DNA of 41,987 nt. It comes from a virus. The position numbers and the translations under genes are program-made. Shown here piece by piece: positions 13,626-22,555 of the stretch. The notes beneath the pieces were generated by a model. It had not been told where the DNA came from. It ran no database searches and saw only the letters and a program-made list of their open reading frames with translations. The first letter of the stretch is position 1; each line of letters begins with the position of its first letter. The stretch lies in the IMG/VR virus record IMGVR_UViG_3300020215_000035. One strand, written 5' to 3'.

Positions 13626-16271
13626 TCAGGCTACGAGGGGGAGGTCGATGAGCATCTCGTTCAGGAAGTGCGCCGCCACCACCTGCCCGCCCGCGGCGCT
13701 GGTGTGCCGGGCGTCCCCTTCCTCGAGGAGCCCCTGCTCGTCCACCTCCGAGAAGTCGCCCATGAGGGTCAGGAGGTCGAGGAAGGCGCACCCCTCCTCG
13801 CGGGCGACGCCCCGGATGGTGTCGCGGATGTTGTCGAAGTGGTGGTCGGCCTGCACGCCGTAGTTCGAGACGAGGAGGATGGACGGGGCCGGGAGCGCGG
13901 CGGCCACGTACGCCGCCCGGATGCGGCCGAGGAGGACGACGTAGTTGTCGTAGAGGATCTCCGGCGCCGTCCGGTGATCCAATGACAGGTCGGCGTTCCC
14001 CCCGATGTCGATGGAGACCGCGCTCGCCCCCGTCGCCGCAAGCGCGTCCGCCCAATCCGGGTCGTCCGCGTCGTCGAGCACGTCCACCCAATGCTGGCTC
14101 CGGCTCCCACCTTTGCCGAGGTGGTGGACGCGGACCCCTCTCCCGGTGAGGCGGAGGTCGGCCCCGGTGATGCGGACGCCCGCCGCCCCCGCCACCGTGA
14201 CCTCGACGGTGAGGGTGTGGGAGGCGAGGGAGAGCCCGGTGACGGCGACGGAGCCCCACGCCGGGGCCGCCGCCGACGTGCTCACGGCGCCCCCCTGCTG
14301 CACGCCGTCCACGAGCACGCGGAACGTCCCCCCGTTGACCTGCTTCTGGTAGTGGACGACCGCCTGCTCGAACGTCGCCGTGAGCGCGTGCGTGGCTCCT
14401 ACTTCCGTCGAGGTGGCGTCGATGAGGTTCAGCCCGACGGTGCCGGCCGTCTCCCCGCGGTACGTCCACGCCCCCGTGATGGCCCGCGTGACGTTCTCGG
14501 GGAGGTTGTAGCTGTGCGCCCCGAACGAGTTGGGGGCAAAACTGACGTACCCGATCCCGGCGTCGCCGTAGAGCGTTTTGAGCCGCCGCGCCAGGATGGG
14601 GACGTGGCCGCGCGGCCACGCGAGCATCGTGTTCGAGATCCCCAGCATGGCGATGACGGCCTGCTCGTCGTCGTACCCCTCGACGGCGGCGAGCTCGGCC
14701 CGGATCGCGCCCAGCCGCGCGTACCACGCGTTCATGCGGCCCCGCCGCTCGGTGCCGGGGCGGTAGCGGCGGTCGAGCCGCTCGTAGAGGTCGGCCGGGA
14801 ACGCCCGGTCCGGCGGCACCGCGAGCGGGATCGGCCCCGGCGTCCCGTACTTCGCGTAGACGTCGAGCGTCCCCGTGAGCGAGGTCCGGTGCCATTCGAG
14901 GTCGAGGCGGTACCACCCCCCCACCGGCTGCGCGATCTCCGCCTGCGTGAACGTCTGCTCCGCCCCCGTCCCCGTGTACGTGGCCGAGACGGTGTAGGCC
15001 CCGATGGCGACGTTCTCGTCGTCGAGGAAGACGGCCCGGAGCGCCCACGTCGAGGCGGCCGTCGCCTTCCCCTTGACCTCCCACGAGATCAGGTCCGAGG
15101 CGCGGAGCCCGGCGAGCTCGTCGCGGTAGACGATGATGCCGCTGGTGTTCGTGGCCCGGAGCGTGTGGGCGTCCTCGATCCCCATCGCGTAGTAGGGGTT
15201 CGCGGCGTCCTCGGCGACGGTCGAGAGGTTCGACGGGTTCGCGTACCGGCGGCGGAGCCGCCCGTTCGGCCCCTCGGTCCCCTTGTAGTCGCTCGCCACG
15301 GCCGGGAGCACCGACCCCGGCTCCTGCGTGAACGGGTCGCGGATGAGGGCGGCCGGGCGGCGGTACGCCGGGTTGTGCGGCGCCATCGCGGCGGCCATCC
15401 CGGGCGTGACCCAGAGCGGGTCGTCCTCCGCCTGCACGGCGTCGGGCGCCGTCGCCCCGAGGAAGACCCCCCCGCTCCCGAGCTTGATCGCGTCGGTCCC
15501 GCTCTCGCGGTACGGCCCCCACGCGACCCAGACGGCCGTCGCGGGGATCGTGACGTTCTGGTGCTTGAGGAGCTCCCACCCCCCCGTGCCCGCCGCGCTC
15601 CCCGTCCGGACGAGCGTCCCGACGAGGTTGTCGTTCACGTCGTCGAAGCGGTAGAAGATGGAGCGGTTCGACGTCGTGGGGCACTTGACCCAGTGGTTGA
15701 GGCTGATCACCTGCCCCGCCGCGAGCCCGACGGCGGCCAAGAGCACCTTCGGCCCGCCGTAGTCCGGGTTGTCGTCGGCGAGGCTGAGGGCCTGCCCGTC
15801 GTTGGGGTCGTACTCCCCCGTGACGACGGAGAGCAGGTTCCCCGACCGCCACTTCTTGATCGTCGCCCCGGCCGCCGCGCGGAGCGTGGTCCCGTCCGGG
15901 GCGTAGATGGCGGCCTCGGTGACGATGCTGGTGTTCGGCGTCGCCTTGACGCACTTCGGGTCTATGGCGAGGTTCCGGCGGCTCACCGTGACGGCGTTGG
16001 CCGCGGCCGAGGCGGACGCCGCCGCCGCGTGCCCCGCCGCCCCCATCGTGAAGCTCGCGCCGGTCGAGACCGTGTACGGCCCCGTCGAGTGCGCGTGGAG
16101 GTAGGCGTCGCTCCCGGCCGTCGTGATCGCCGTGAGCTGGGTGTTCGCGTTGGTCGCCGCCGTCGTGGCCGTGTTGCCGGCGCTCGTCGCGTTCGCTATC
16201 GCGGCGTCGTCGGCCGTCGAGGCGAACGCCTTCCCGGCGTTCCGGCTCACCCTGATCCGGTCCGTTGCCAT
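13626..16271 (-). CDS. large tail fibre/tailspike with jelly-roll-like modules and a C-terminal SGNH/GDSL-type esterase
   Basis: Start ATG 16271 (TGATG coupling). Candidate SGNH blocks: LGISNT (block I Ser), IDIGGNAD (block III) and DARHTS (block V D..H). Confidence 0.7.
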   Translation of the reverse strand: MATDRIRVSRNAGKAFASTADDAAIANATSAGNTATTAATNANTQLTAITTAGSDAYLHAHSTGPYTVSTGASFTMGAAGHAAAASASAAANAVTVSRRNLAIDPKCVKATPNTSIVTEAAIYAPDGTTLRAAAGATIKKWRSGNLLSVVTGEYDPNDGQALSLADDNPDYGGPKVLLAAVGLAAGQVISLNHWVKCPTTSNRSIFYRFDDVNDNLVGTLVRTGSAAGTGGWELLKHQNVTIPATAVWVAWGPYRESGTDAIKLGSGGVFLGATAPDAVQAEDDPLWVTPGMAAAMAPHNPAYRRPAALIRDPFTQEPGSVLPAVASDYKGTEGPNGRLRRRYANPSNLSTVAEDAANPYYAMGIEDAHTLRATNTSGIIVYRDELAGLRASDLISWEVKGKATAASTWALRAVFLDDENVAIGAYTVSATYTGTGAEQTFTQAEIAQPVGGWYRLDLEWHRTSLTGTLDVYAKYGTPGPIPLAVPPDRAFPADLYERLDRRYRPGTERRGRMNAWYARLGAIRAELAAVEGYDDEQAVIAMLGISNTMLAWPRGHVPILARRLKTLYGDAGIGYVSFAPNSFGAHSYNLPENVTRAITGAWTYRGETAGTVGLNLIDATSTEVGATHALTATFEQAVVHYQKQVNGGTFRVLVDGVQQGGAVSTSAAAPAWGSVAVTGLSLASHTLTVEVTVAGAAGVRITGADLRLTGRGVRVHHLGKGGSRSQHWVDVLDDADDPDWADALAATGASAVSIDIGGNADLSLDHRTAPEILYDNYVVLLGRIRAAYVAAALPAPSILLVSNYGVQADHHFDNIRDTIRGVAREEGCAFLDLLTLMGDFSEVDEQGLLEEGDARHTSAAGGQVVAAHFLNEMLIDLPLVA

Positions 16272-18871
16272 CAGTTCCCCAGGCGTAGTTCGGTGATGTA
16301 CTCGGCCTCGTCGGCGGCGAGCGCGAGCTCGGTCCCCTCGACGTCGGCCTCCGCCGTGTCCAGCGTCCAGTCGATGAGGTCCGGGGCCGCGTAGTAGCTG
16401 TAGAGGGCGCCCTCGCCGACGGGGTGCGTGTTCGCTATGGTCCCGGTGAAGACGACCGCGTAAGAGCCGGTCCCCCGCGTGCAGGTAGACACCGTGAGCG
16501 TCTCCTCCGTCGCCTTCCCGACGCCGAGCGTGACCGACTGCCCCGGCGCGACGCGGGCGCGGAGGTTCACGCGGTCCTCCCCCCCCACGACCTGCCCCTC
16601 TATCGTCGTCTTCTGCCAGTACTTCGGGACGTGCTGGGGGAGGAGCCGCTGGGACGCCGAGGCGTACTGGAACCGCGTGAGGAACCGCTCCAGCCCCCCG
16701 CCCGTGTCGCCGGCGGCGACGTACCCGTTCAGCTGGAGGAGCGCCCGGCGGGCCGAGAAGTCCTCCAGCCCCTGCGCCGTCGTCGGGTCGCCGGCCCCGT
16801 ACGCCCCCGCCTTCCACCCCGTCGACGAGCCCTGGTACGTCGGCTGCTCGTCCGCCACCAGGGTCGTGAGCCCGGTCTGGGAGTCGGGGAGCGGGCCGTC
16901 GCCGACGGGGTGCTCGGACGCCGCGTCCCCGGCGGGGATGGACTCCTCCAGCCCCGGGGAGCCGGCGCCTTTGGTGACGACGGCGGAAACCGTATCCGGC
17001 TCCGAACCCTCCATCCGAAGCGATATGATCACGTCGTCAAAGGCGACGGCGGCCCCGATCCCGGTGGGGCCGTAAAGCGTGGTGGAGACGGTGCCGGAGA
17101 CGATCTCCCCGCCCTTGGCGTACCCCGTGGCGAAGATGGACGCCGCCCCCATCGCCAGCCACGCGTCCACCTGCACGGAGCCAGAGCCGTGGAGCCACTG
17201 CGTCACGCCCGACGCCCAGTAGTAGAACGTGAACGTGTCCCCTTCGTGAACGTCAGCGTCTAGGTCCCCCTCCAAGACGCGCCCCCCGATCCGCGCCTCC
17301 TTCGTCGTCGTCAGCGTCGCAACGTGGTCGTCGCCGCTGAACCCGTACAGCGTCACCCCGGCCGGGATAACCGGCGTCCCGGCGGCGGCCCCAGAGACGC
17401 CGTTGAGGAGGGGTTCAACCCACACCTTCGCGGGGCTCCCGGGGCGGCTGTCAATCACCACGGAGGCCGTAGCGCGAACGAGGCCGTAGTCCCCGATCTT
17501 GAAGAGGATGCCGCCGTTCTGCGTGAGGGAGCCCGGGATGGGGGCGAGGAGCCCGAACGCGTACGAGACGTGCAGCGACCAACCCGCCGACGCGGGGAGG
17601 TACACGTACCCCGATTGCACGGCCGTTTGCTCGTTCCCACCCGATGCCCCGTTGATCTGGAGGATGTATTCGTCGTTATACGTCACCGGGAAAGGCCACC
17701 CGGAGGAGTCGGCGGGAATCCGGTTCGCACCCGTTGACTGAACCCAATACTTGGCTTTCGTCGTGCCGCCGGTCCCCTCCTCTTCAAAGGACGGATTCAG
17801 GACGACGTTCTCTAGGACGCCTTCGAAGTTGTACGCGCTCTCAATTGACTTCACCGGCAGCATCGTCTCTCGTAACGCGCCAACATCCTGAACCCATGCC
17901 TTGGTATCCTTGACCAAGTTGGGCGTCGTCATCGTCGGAGGGGCCGCAGTTTCGATGCCCCAAAAGGCTCCGGTGCCGGAAGTAGATGCCGGGTAAGTCC
18001 ACACCTTGGGACCTGTTGGCGAGGCTGCCAAATAGTCCCTTTGTAAAATCCACCAATACCCCTCGCTCTGCACCAACCGGCACCCGAACCTTGCCGACAG
18101 CGCCCGCACGCCTTCGAGGGCGTCCACGCTCGCGCCGTCCTCGTCGGTCCACGCGGTTTGTAGGCTCTTCAGGTACCAGAGCGGGTCCTGTGTCCCCGTG
18201 ATTTGGTCAGCGGTACCCCCGGGGCGGAAGGGGCGCCAGTTGCTACAGGACTTCACGCCTTCCCAACCCGCACCGTTAAACGACGTGTTCACCGCGCCCC
18301 CGAGCGGGCCGATACAGCGCGCGAAGTCGTCTAGGACGCGGCCCGTCCGTGAGGCGATTGCGCCGGTACCGACGAAGGGCTGCTTCAAAAGGAATCTTAG
18401 GCTGTCGTGGAACGTCAGCCGCACCGCACCCCCCCGCGTCGGCGAGTCCAGGAGGCTCTCTTGGGCGAGGTAGCCGATGGCGAGGGGGGTCCAGGCGGTC
18501 GGGGTGGTGGCGTCGTTCGCCTCCTCTACGACGCACTGGAGGGCGCCGTCGGCGAGCCCTACGATGCCGCCGAACCGGCCCGGCCCCTGGAACGTCGGGT
18601 GATCCACGAGCGAGAGCTCTATCGTCATCGGGAGGACGGGGCGGAGCACGTCCGTGGGGCCGGCCACCGGCGCCCCCCAGCGGACGCGGAAGCCCCCGCG
18701 GTAGACCTGCACCGCGTAGGCGTCCCCCGTGTACGTGGCCGCCCGGATGCGGAAGCGGTACCGCACCTGATCCGGGGCGATGATGCCGATGGTGCTCGCC
18801 CCGGCCCGTCCGTAGACGTCGTGGGCGGCGCCGAGCACGTAGAGGTCGCCGTATGTCGTCGTGAGGTTCAT
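16271..18871 (-). CDS. large distal tail / tail-tip protein (host-specificity candidate)
   Basis: 866-aa ORF immediately after the tape measure, with ATGA coupling at 18868-18871. Internal start of listed ORF 16271..19429. Confidence 0.7.
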   Translation of the reverse strand: MNLTTTYGDLYVLGAAHDVYGRAGASTIGIIAPDQVRYRFRIRAATYTGDAYAVQVYRGGFRVRWGAPVAGPTDVLRPVLPMTIELSLVDHPTFQGPGRFGGIVGLADGALQCVVEEANDATTPTAWTPLAIGYLAQESLLDSPTRGGAVRLTFHDSLRFLLKQPFVGTGAIASRTGRVLDDFARCIGPLGGAVNTSFNGAGWEGVKSCSNWRPFRPGGTADQITGTQDPLWYLKSLQTAWTDEDGASVDALEGVRALSARFGCRLVQSEGYWWILQRDYLAASPTGPKVWTYPASTSGTGAFWGIETAAPPTMTTPNLVKDTKAWVQDVGALRETMLPVKSIESAYNFEGVLENVVLNPSFEEEGTGGTTKAKYWVQSTGANRIPADSSGWPFPVTYNDEYILQINGASGGNEQTAVQSGYVYLPASAGWSLHVSYAFGLLAPIPGSLTQNGGILFKIGDYGLVRATASVVIDSRPGSPAKVWVEPLLNGVSGAAAGTPVIPAGVTLYGFSGDDHVATLTTTKEARIGGRVLEGDLDADVHEGDTFTFYYWASGVTQWLHGSGSVQVDAWLAMGAASIFATGYAKGGEIVSGTVSTTLYGPTGIGAAVAFDDVIISLRMEGSEPDTVSAVVTKGAGSPGLEESIPAGDAASEHPVGDGPLPDSQTGLTTLVADEQPTYQGSSTGWKAGAYGAGDPTTAQGLEDFSARRALLQLNGYVAAGDTGGGLERFLTRFQYASASQRLLPQHVPKYWQKTTIEGQVVGGEDRVNLRARVAPGQSVTLGVGKATEETLTVSTCTRGTGSYAVVFTGTIANTHPVGEGALYSYYAAPDLIDWTLDTAEADVEGTELALAADEAEYITELRLGN

Positions 18872-20520
18872 CGGCCCGTCAGCCGCTCCATCCGCTCGGC
18901 CCGCTGGTAGCCGGCGCGGATGACCTCGACGGGGATCACGACGTTGCCGCCGACGAGGCGGGCCGCGCCCTGCTGGAGCGCGTAGGCGCCGGAGCCGCCG
19001 GGGGCCACCCCTCCCCCGCCCGTGGGGATGCCGAGGGCGCCGCCGAGGAACGTCGCCCACCCCGCCCCGCCGGGGATGAGGTTGAGGAGGGCGAGGATGC
19101 CGCGGAGCGCGAGCGCCCGCGCTATCGTCGTGGTGATGGCGGCGGCGGTGTCCTGGAGCGCGCGGACGAGGTTCTCCCCGAAGTTGTCGAAGCGGAGCGC
19201 CGCGACGTCCCCGAGGACCGTGGCGAGCCCGTCGGCGAGCGTGAGGGTGCCGGCGAGGTACGCCTGGGCGTCCGTGCTCATCCGCGTGGCCTCCTCCAGC
19301 ATCCGCGCCGTCGTCGCCGCCCGCTCGTTCACCATCACCACGGAGCCGGCCGCCCCCTCCAGGCCCAGGCTGAGCCCGCGGGCGGCGACGGCGCCGGCCT
19401 CCAGCGTCTGCTTGTAGCCGTCGAGCCACTTGATCCCGTCGGCCACCGTCTGGTGGAACTTCCTGAGCTTCGCCTCCTCGTCCGATATCTCCTTCGGGCG
19501 GCGGCCTCTCCGTTCCCGGCGCTCCTGGGGTGCGTACGGGTTGGACAGGAAGAGGCGGCTGGGATCAACGTTGCCCTGTCCGATTGCCGCCTCTAAGGCG
19601 GGCAGACTCGTCGGGCCAGTCGCCGCCCCCTGGATGGGGGTTCCGCCCAGCGCAGCCCGCGTGAGCCCCGCCTGCATCTCTAGATCCTCCAGCACCCCCC
19701 GGAGGTAGTCGGCGGCACCGCCGAACTCGTTTGCTCGCCGCGTCGCTTCCCCGAACTCATTACCCAGCCCGAGCATCGAGCCCAGCAGCATCCCAGTGGA
19801 CCCGATGAGCGTGTAATCCGCTCGGATCTGGCTGAGCGTGGCTAGCTCCCTGGCTTCCAAGGATTCGGCTAGGGCGAGCTGCTCCCGTATCGCCTCCGCC
19901 GTCCTTAGCGAGAGGCTCGCCGTAGCCACCTCGACATCGTAGAACGACCGCGCGGCTGCCTCCCCCGCCTCCTCGGCTTCGTTCCTCATCTGCTGGAAGC
20001 GGGCGACGAGGACGGCCCCAACAGCGACCATCCCCGTAATGGCGCCCGACGCCGCGCCCACGCCAGCGGCGAAGTTGTCGAACCGCGACGTGGCTTCCCC
20101 CGATTCCGCCGCCACCTGAGATAGCCCGCGGGCTACTTCGGGGAGGTCGTTTGCGATCAACAGGAGCCGTTGACCTAGCGACCCTGTAGAGGTGAGCGCC
20201 TGCTGGGCACCTGTAGCGAGCCCTCGGAGCGCCATCTGCGCCCCCTGTGACCCCCGCGTGATTCCGGTGAAGCCGGGGAGCTGTTGCTTGAGGGCCTCCG
20301 TCTGCGCGACGATAGCCGCCTTCTCCTGCTGGAGTGCGGCGACGTTGGCAACGATCTCCTGCTTATAGGAATCGGCTGCCCCGCCAGCGCTCCGATACGC
20401 ATCCTGCGCCGAACGCAGCGAGGACTCGACGGCCTTCAGCTCCAGCGAGAGGTGAGCGAGCTTGGTAACGGCGTCGTTCGCGTCCGCCCGAACCCGGAGA
20501 AGGAGGTCTTGCTCAGCCAT
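18868..20520 (-). CDS. tail tape measure protein
   Basis: 550 aa, Ala/Gly/Leu-rich helical protein with hydrophobic glycine-rich segments, downstream of the G/GT chaperones. Confidence 0.85.
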   Translation of the reverse strand: MAEQDLLLRVRADANDAVTKLAHLSLELKAVESSLRSAQDAYRSAGGAADSYKQEIVANVAALQQEKAAIVAQTEALKQQLPGFTGITRGSQGAQMALRGLATGAQQALTSTGSLGQRLLLIANDLPEVARGLSQVAAESGEATSRFDNFAAGVGAASGAITGMVAVGAVLVARFQQMRNEAEEAGEAAARSFYDVEVATASLSLRTAEAIREQLALAESLEARELATLSQIRADYTLIGSTGMLLGSMLGLGNEFGEATRRANEFGGAADYLRGVLEDLEMQAGLTRAALGGTPIQGAATGPTSLPALEAAIGQGNVDPSRLFLSNPYAPQERRERRGRRPKEISDEEAKLRKFHQTVADGIKWLDGYKQTLEAGAVAARGLSLGLEGAAGSVVMVNERAATTARMLEEATRMSTDAQAYLAGTLTLADGLATVLGDVAALRFDNFGENLVRALQDTAAAITTTIARALALRGILALLNLIPGGAGWATFLGGALGIPTGGGGVAPGGSGAYALQQGAARLVGGNVVIPVEVIRAGYQRAERMERLTGR

Positions 20521-20558
20521 CGTACCTTTGGGCCTCCCCCGTGCGTAGACCGACCGCT

Positions 20559-20750
20559 ATGGCGTCTGCCCTCTTCTTCGTCCCCGCCGCCCTGCTGTTC
20601 ATCCTCGCACTCGTACAGCTTGCCCAGGCACCGACCGAAGGGAACGGCCCCCTCGGCGTGCTTGCCCTCTGCCTCGCGTTCCTGAGTGTGGGGCTTGGGA
20701 TGCTCGCCCGTGATGTGCGGGCGCTCCGAGACGAAGAACAGGAACCGTAG
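20559..20750 (+). CDS. small two-TM membrane protein (alternative GTG start 20541), antisense to the late operon
   Basis: ALFFVPAALLFILALVQLA and LGVLALCLAFLSVGLGML hydrophobic helices; its stop lies 2 nt before the next ATG. Confidence 0.5.
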   Translation: MASALFFVPAALLFILALVQLAQAPTEGNGPLGVLALCLAFLSVGLGMLARDVRALRDEEQEP

Positions 20751-20752
20751 CC

Positions 20753-21058
20753 ATGCGCCTCCTCTCCGCCCTCGCCCTCACGGCCTCCCTCCTTTCGGCC
20801 TGCACTCAGGCGCAGTACGGCCCGCCGCCCGTGGACCCGCTCGCCGCCCGCGCCGACAGCCTCCTCGCGCTCCCGCCCGACAGCCTGAGCGCCCAGGAAG
20901 CGGCGTGGCTCCAGGCGTACGCCACGCGCGCGGCGAGCGAGGAGACGCCCCAGGAGCAGGTCCGGAAAGCGGCCCAGGTGACGAACTACGTCATCGGCGG
21001 GCTGATGATGGCGGGGGTCATAGCATGGGCCATCGTCACCCTCGCCTCGAAAGACTAG
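20753..21058 (+). CDS. lipoprotein with C-terminal TM anchor, antisense to the late operon
   Basis: Signal peptide MRLLSALALTASLLSAC with lipobox LSAC; C-terminal helix YVIGGLMMAGVIAWAIVTLA. Confidence 0.65.
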   Translation: MRLLSALALTASLLSACTQAQYGPPPVDPLAARADSLLALPPDSLSAQEAAWLQAYATRAASEETPQEQVRKAAQVTNYVIGGLMMAGVIAWAIVTLASKD

Positions 21059-21068
21059 GGTGCGCGGC

Positions 21069-21697
21069 TCAGGCTTGCGCGTCGAGCGCCCGGAGGGCGG
21101 GGCCGAACTTGGCGAGCAGCCGCTCATGGTCTTCCCGGGTCGTGACCTTGCGCGCGGCGCCGGGGTCGAAGGGGTCCGGGCCGCCCATGATGGCGACGCC
21201 GTAGAGCCGCCCCTGCGTCCACGTCCACTCCATCTGCGCCCGCGCATGGTCGGCGATCTGTCGGTTGCTGAGGAGGTCTATGAGGTCGGTCTCGTGGGGG
21301 CGGTAGCCGAAGCGGGCCGCGCACAGGGCGTAGAGGCCCCGGAGCGTCAGCGGGCGGCCCCGGCCTTGCGCCCCGGCGCTTTTCCCCCGGCACCGCCGGC
21401 GTGCCCGTTCCCCTCGGCCTCGGGGAACCGGAGGAGGCGGACGGCGCGGCCCATCTCCTGCGCGCTCACGAGGGTGCAGAAGTCGGCGAAGTCGGGGAAG
21501 TCGTCGCCCGCGAAGGGGAGGCACCCGGCGTAGAGCTGGGCGACGGCGGCGCGGTGCCCCTCCATCGTGAGCGCGTCCACGCCCCGCTCCTCGGCCAGCG
21601 TGTAGGCGTGGGGGCCGAGGAAGAACTCCCGCTCCTCCCCGGCGATGGTGATCCGCGTGTAATCGGGGTGGCGGCGGAGCCGGTCCTTGATGTCCAT
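21069..21697 (-). CDS. tail assembly chaperone GT-type -1 frameshift product
   Basis: The G frame reads ...GAGGK. After a -1 slip on GGGAAAA the frame continues SAGAQGRGRPLTLRGLYALCAARFGY... to a stop at 21069-21071. Confidence 0.7.
21347..21697 (-). CDS. tail assembly chaperone (G-type, zero-frame product)
   Basis: MDIKDRLRRHPDYTRITIAGEEREFFLGPHAYTLAEERG...; lies between the major tail and tape measure genes. Confidence 0.8.
   Translation of the reverse strand: MDIKDRLRRHPDYTRITIAGEEREFFLGPHAYTLAEERGVDALTMEGHRAAVAQLYAGCLPFAGDDFPDFADFCTLVSAQEMGRAVRLLRFPEAEGNGHAGGAGGKAPGRKAGAAR
21380..21386 (-). promoter_or_regulatory. -1 programmed frameshift slippery heptamer G GGA AAA
   Basis: The minus strand reads GCC GGG GGA AAA GCG, 11 codons before the G stop; the -1 frame is open for 103 further codons. 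Confidence 0.7.
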
Positions 21698-21714
21698 AGG
21701 TCTACCCCTAGGGG

Positions 21715-22542
21715 TTAAGCGGTTGCGGCCGGCGTGATGGCGCCGGAGCCGGTGAGGGTGGCCGAGACGCTGACCTCGGCCCGGTACGGGATCTCGACGG
21801 TGAGCTCGGACACGAACGCCGTCCCCGTCCACTGCGAAGCCCCCGAGGTGGCCGTAGCGAACAGACAGCTCACAGAGGTAGCAACCCCCGCCGCCTTCCA
21901 CGCGGAGATGAGGGCGCCGAGCGCGGTCTCCGCGTTCGTCGAGGTATAGGTGACGGCGGAGGTAGAGGCGAGCGTGAGCCGGTTCCGCACCTCGTCGGTG
22001 TACGGGGCGGAGACGTTGACGTCGGAGGGCCGCGCCGTGAACGAGACGCTCTGGGCGCTCCCGAACGTGAGCACGGTGGCGAGGCCGGCCGTGGTGGTGC
22101 CGAGGACCTCGGCCAGGATGGCGTCGAGGGCGCCGGCCCCCGTCCCCCGGGGGTCGAAGTAGTACCCGTCGACGGAGAGCGTGGCCCTCCGCATCTTGGG
22201 GTTCCGCTTCGCGTCGAGGCCGTCGGAGAAGTTGACGATCTCCGGCATCTCGCTCGTGAGCGAGAGCGTGGCCGTCTCCCACCCCTTGAGGGCGGTGCCC
22301 CCGATGGAGATGCTCCCCGTACGGCCGGCGAGCTCGGCCGAGGACTCGACGTAGGGGCCGGAGAGCCGGAAGCCCCACGTCCGCGCCCCGTTGATGGTCT
22401 CGTCGAAGTTCGCGCTCGTCTTGGAGGCGACCGAGGGGAGCTCGGCGGCGACGAAGAGCTCGGCCTCGCGCTGGGTGATGGTGCTGCCGCCGATCTTGAG
22501 AACGAGGTCAACACCGCTGATGGTCGTGACGGGGGCTGCCAT
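21715..22542 (-). CDS. major tail protein
   Basis: 275-aa Ser/Thr/Ala/Gly-rich beta-type protein directly upstream of the chaperones. Confidence 0.75.
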   Translation of the reverse strand: MAAPVTTISGVDLVLKIGGSTITQREAELFVAAELPSVASKTSANFDETINGARTWGFRLSGPYVESSAELAGRTGSISIGGTALKGWETATLSLTSEMPEIVNFSDGLDAKRNPKMRRATLSVDGYYFDPRGTGAGALDAILAEVLGTTTAGLATVLTFGSAQSVSFTARPSDVNVSAPYTDEVRNRLTLASTSAVTYTSTNAETALGALISAWKAAGVATSVSCLFATATSGASQWTGTAFVSELTVEIPYRAEVSVSATLTGSGAITPAATA

Positions 22543-22555
22543 AGGGGTCGGGGGA

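Noticed and set aside
12340-15954. 1204-aa minus-strand ORF (and the similar giant ORFs 14091..16394 plus strand, 12552..13985 plus strand)
   Set aside because: Translations are dominated by Arg/Gly/Pro/His runs, typical of off-frame or antisense reading of very GC-rich coding DNA. Only the last 72 codons (12340..12558) look like protein. The real genes here are 12576..13607 and 13626..16271.
12576-18871. Diversity-generating retroelement targeting the tail fibre genes
   Set aside because: No reverse transcriptase ORF (no YxDD-type motif) anywhere in the closed genome, and I saw no template/variable repeat pair.
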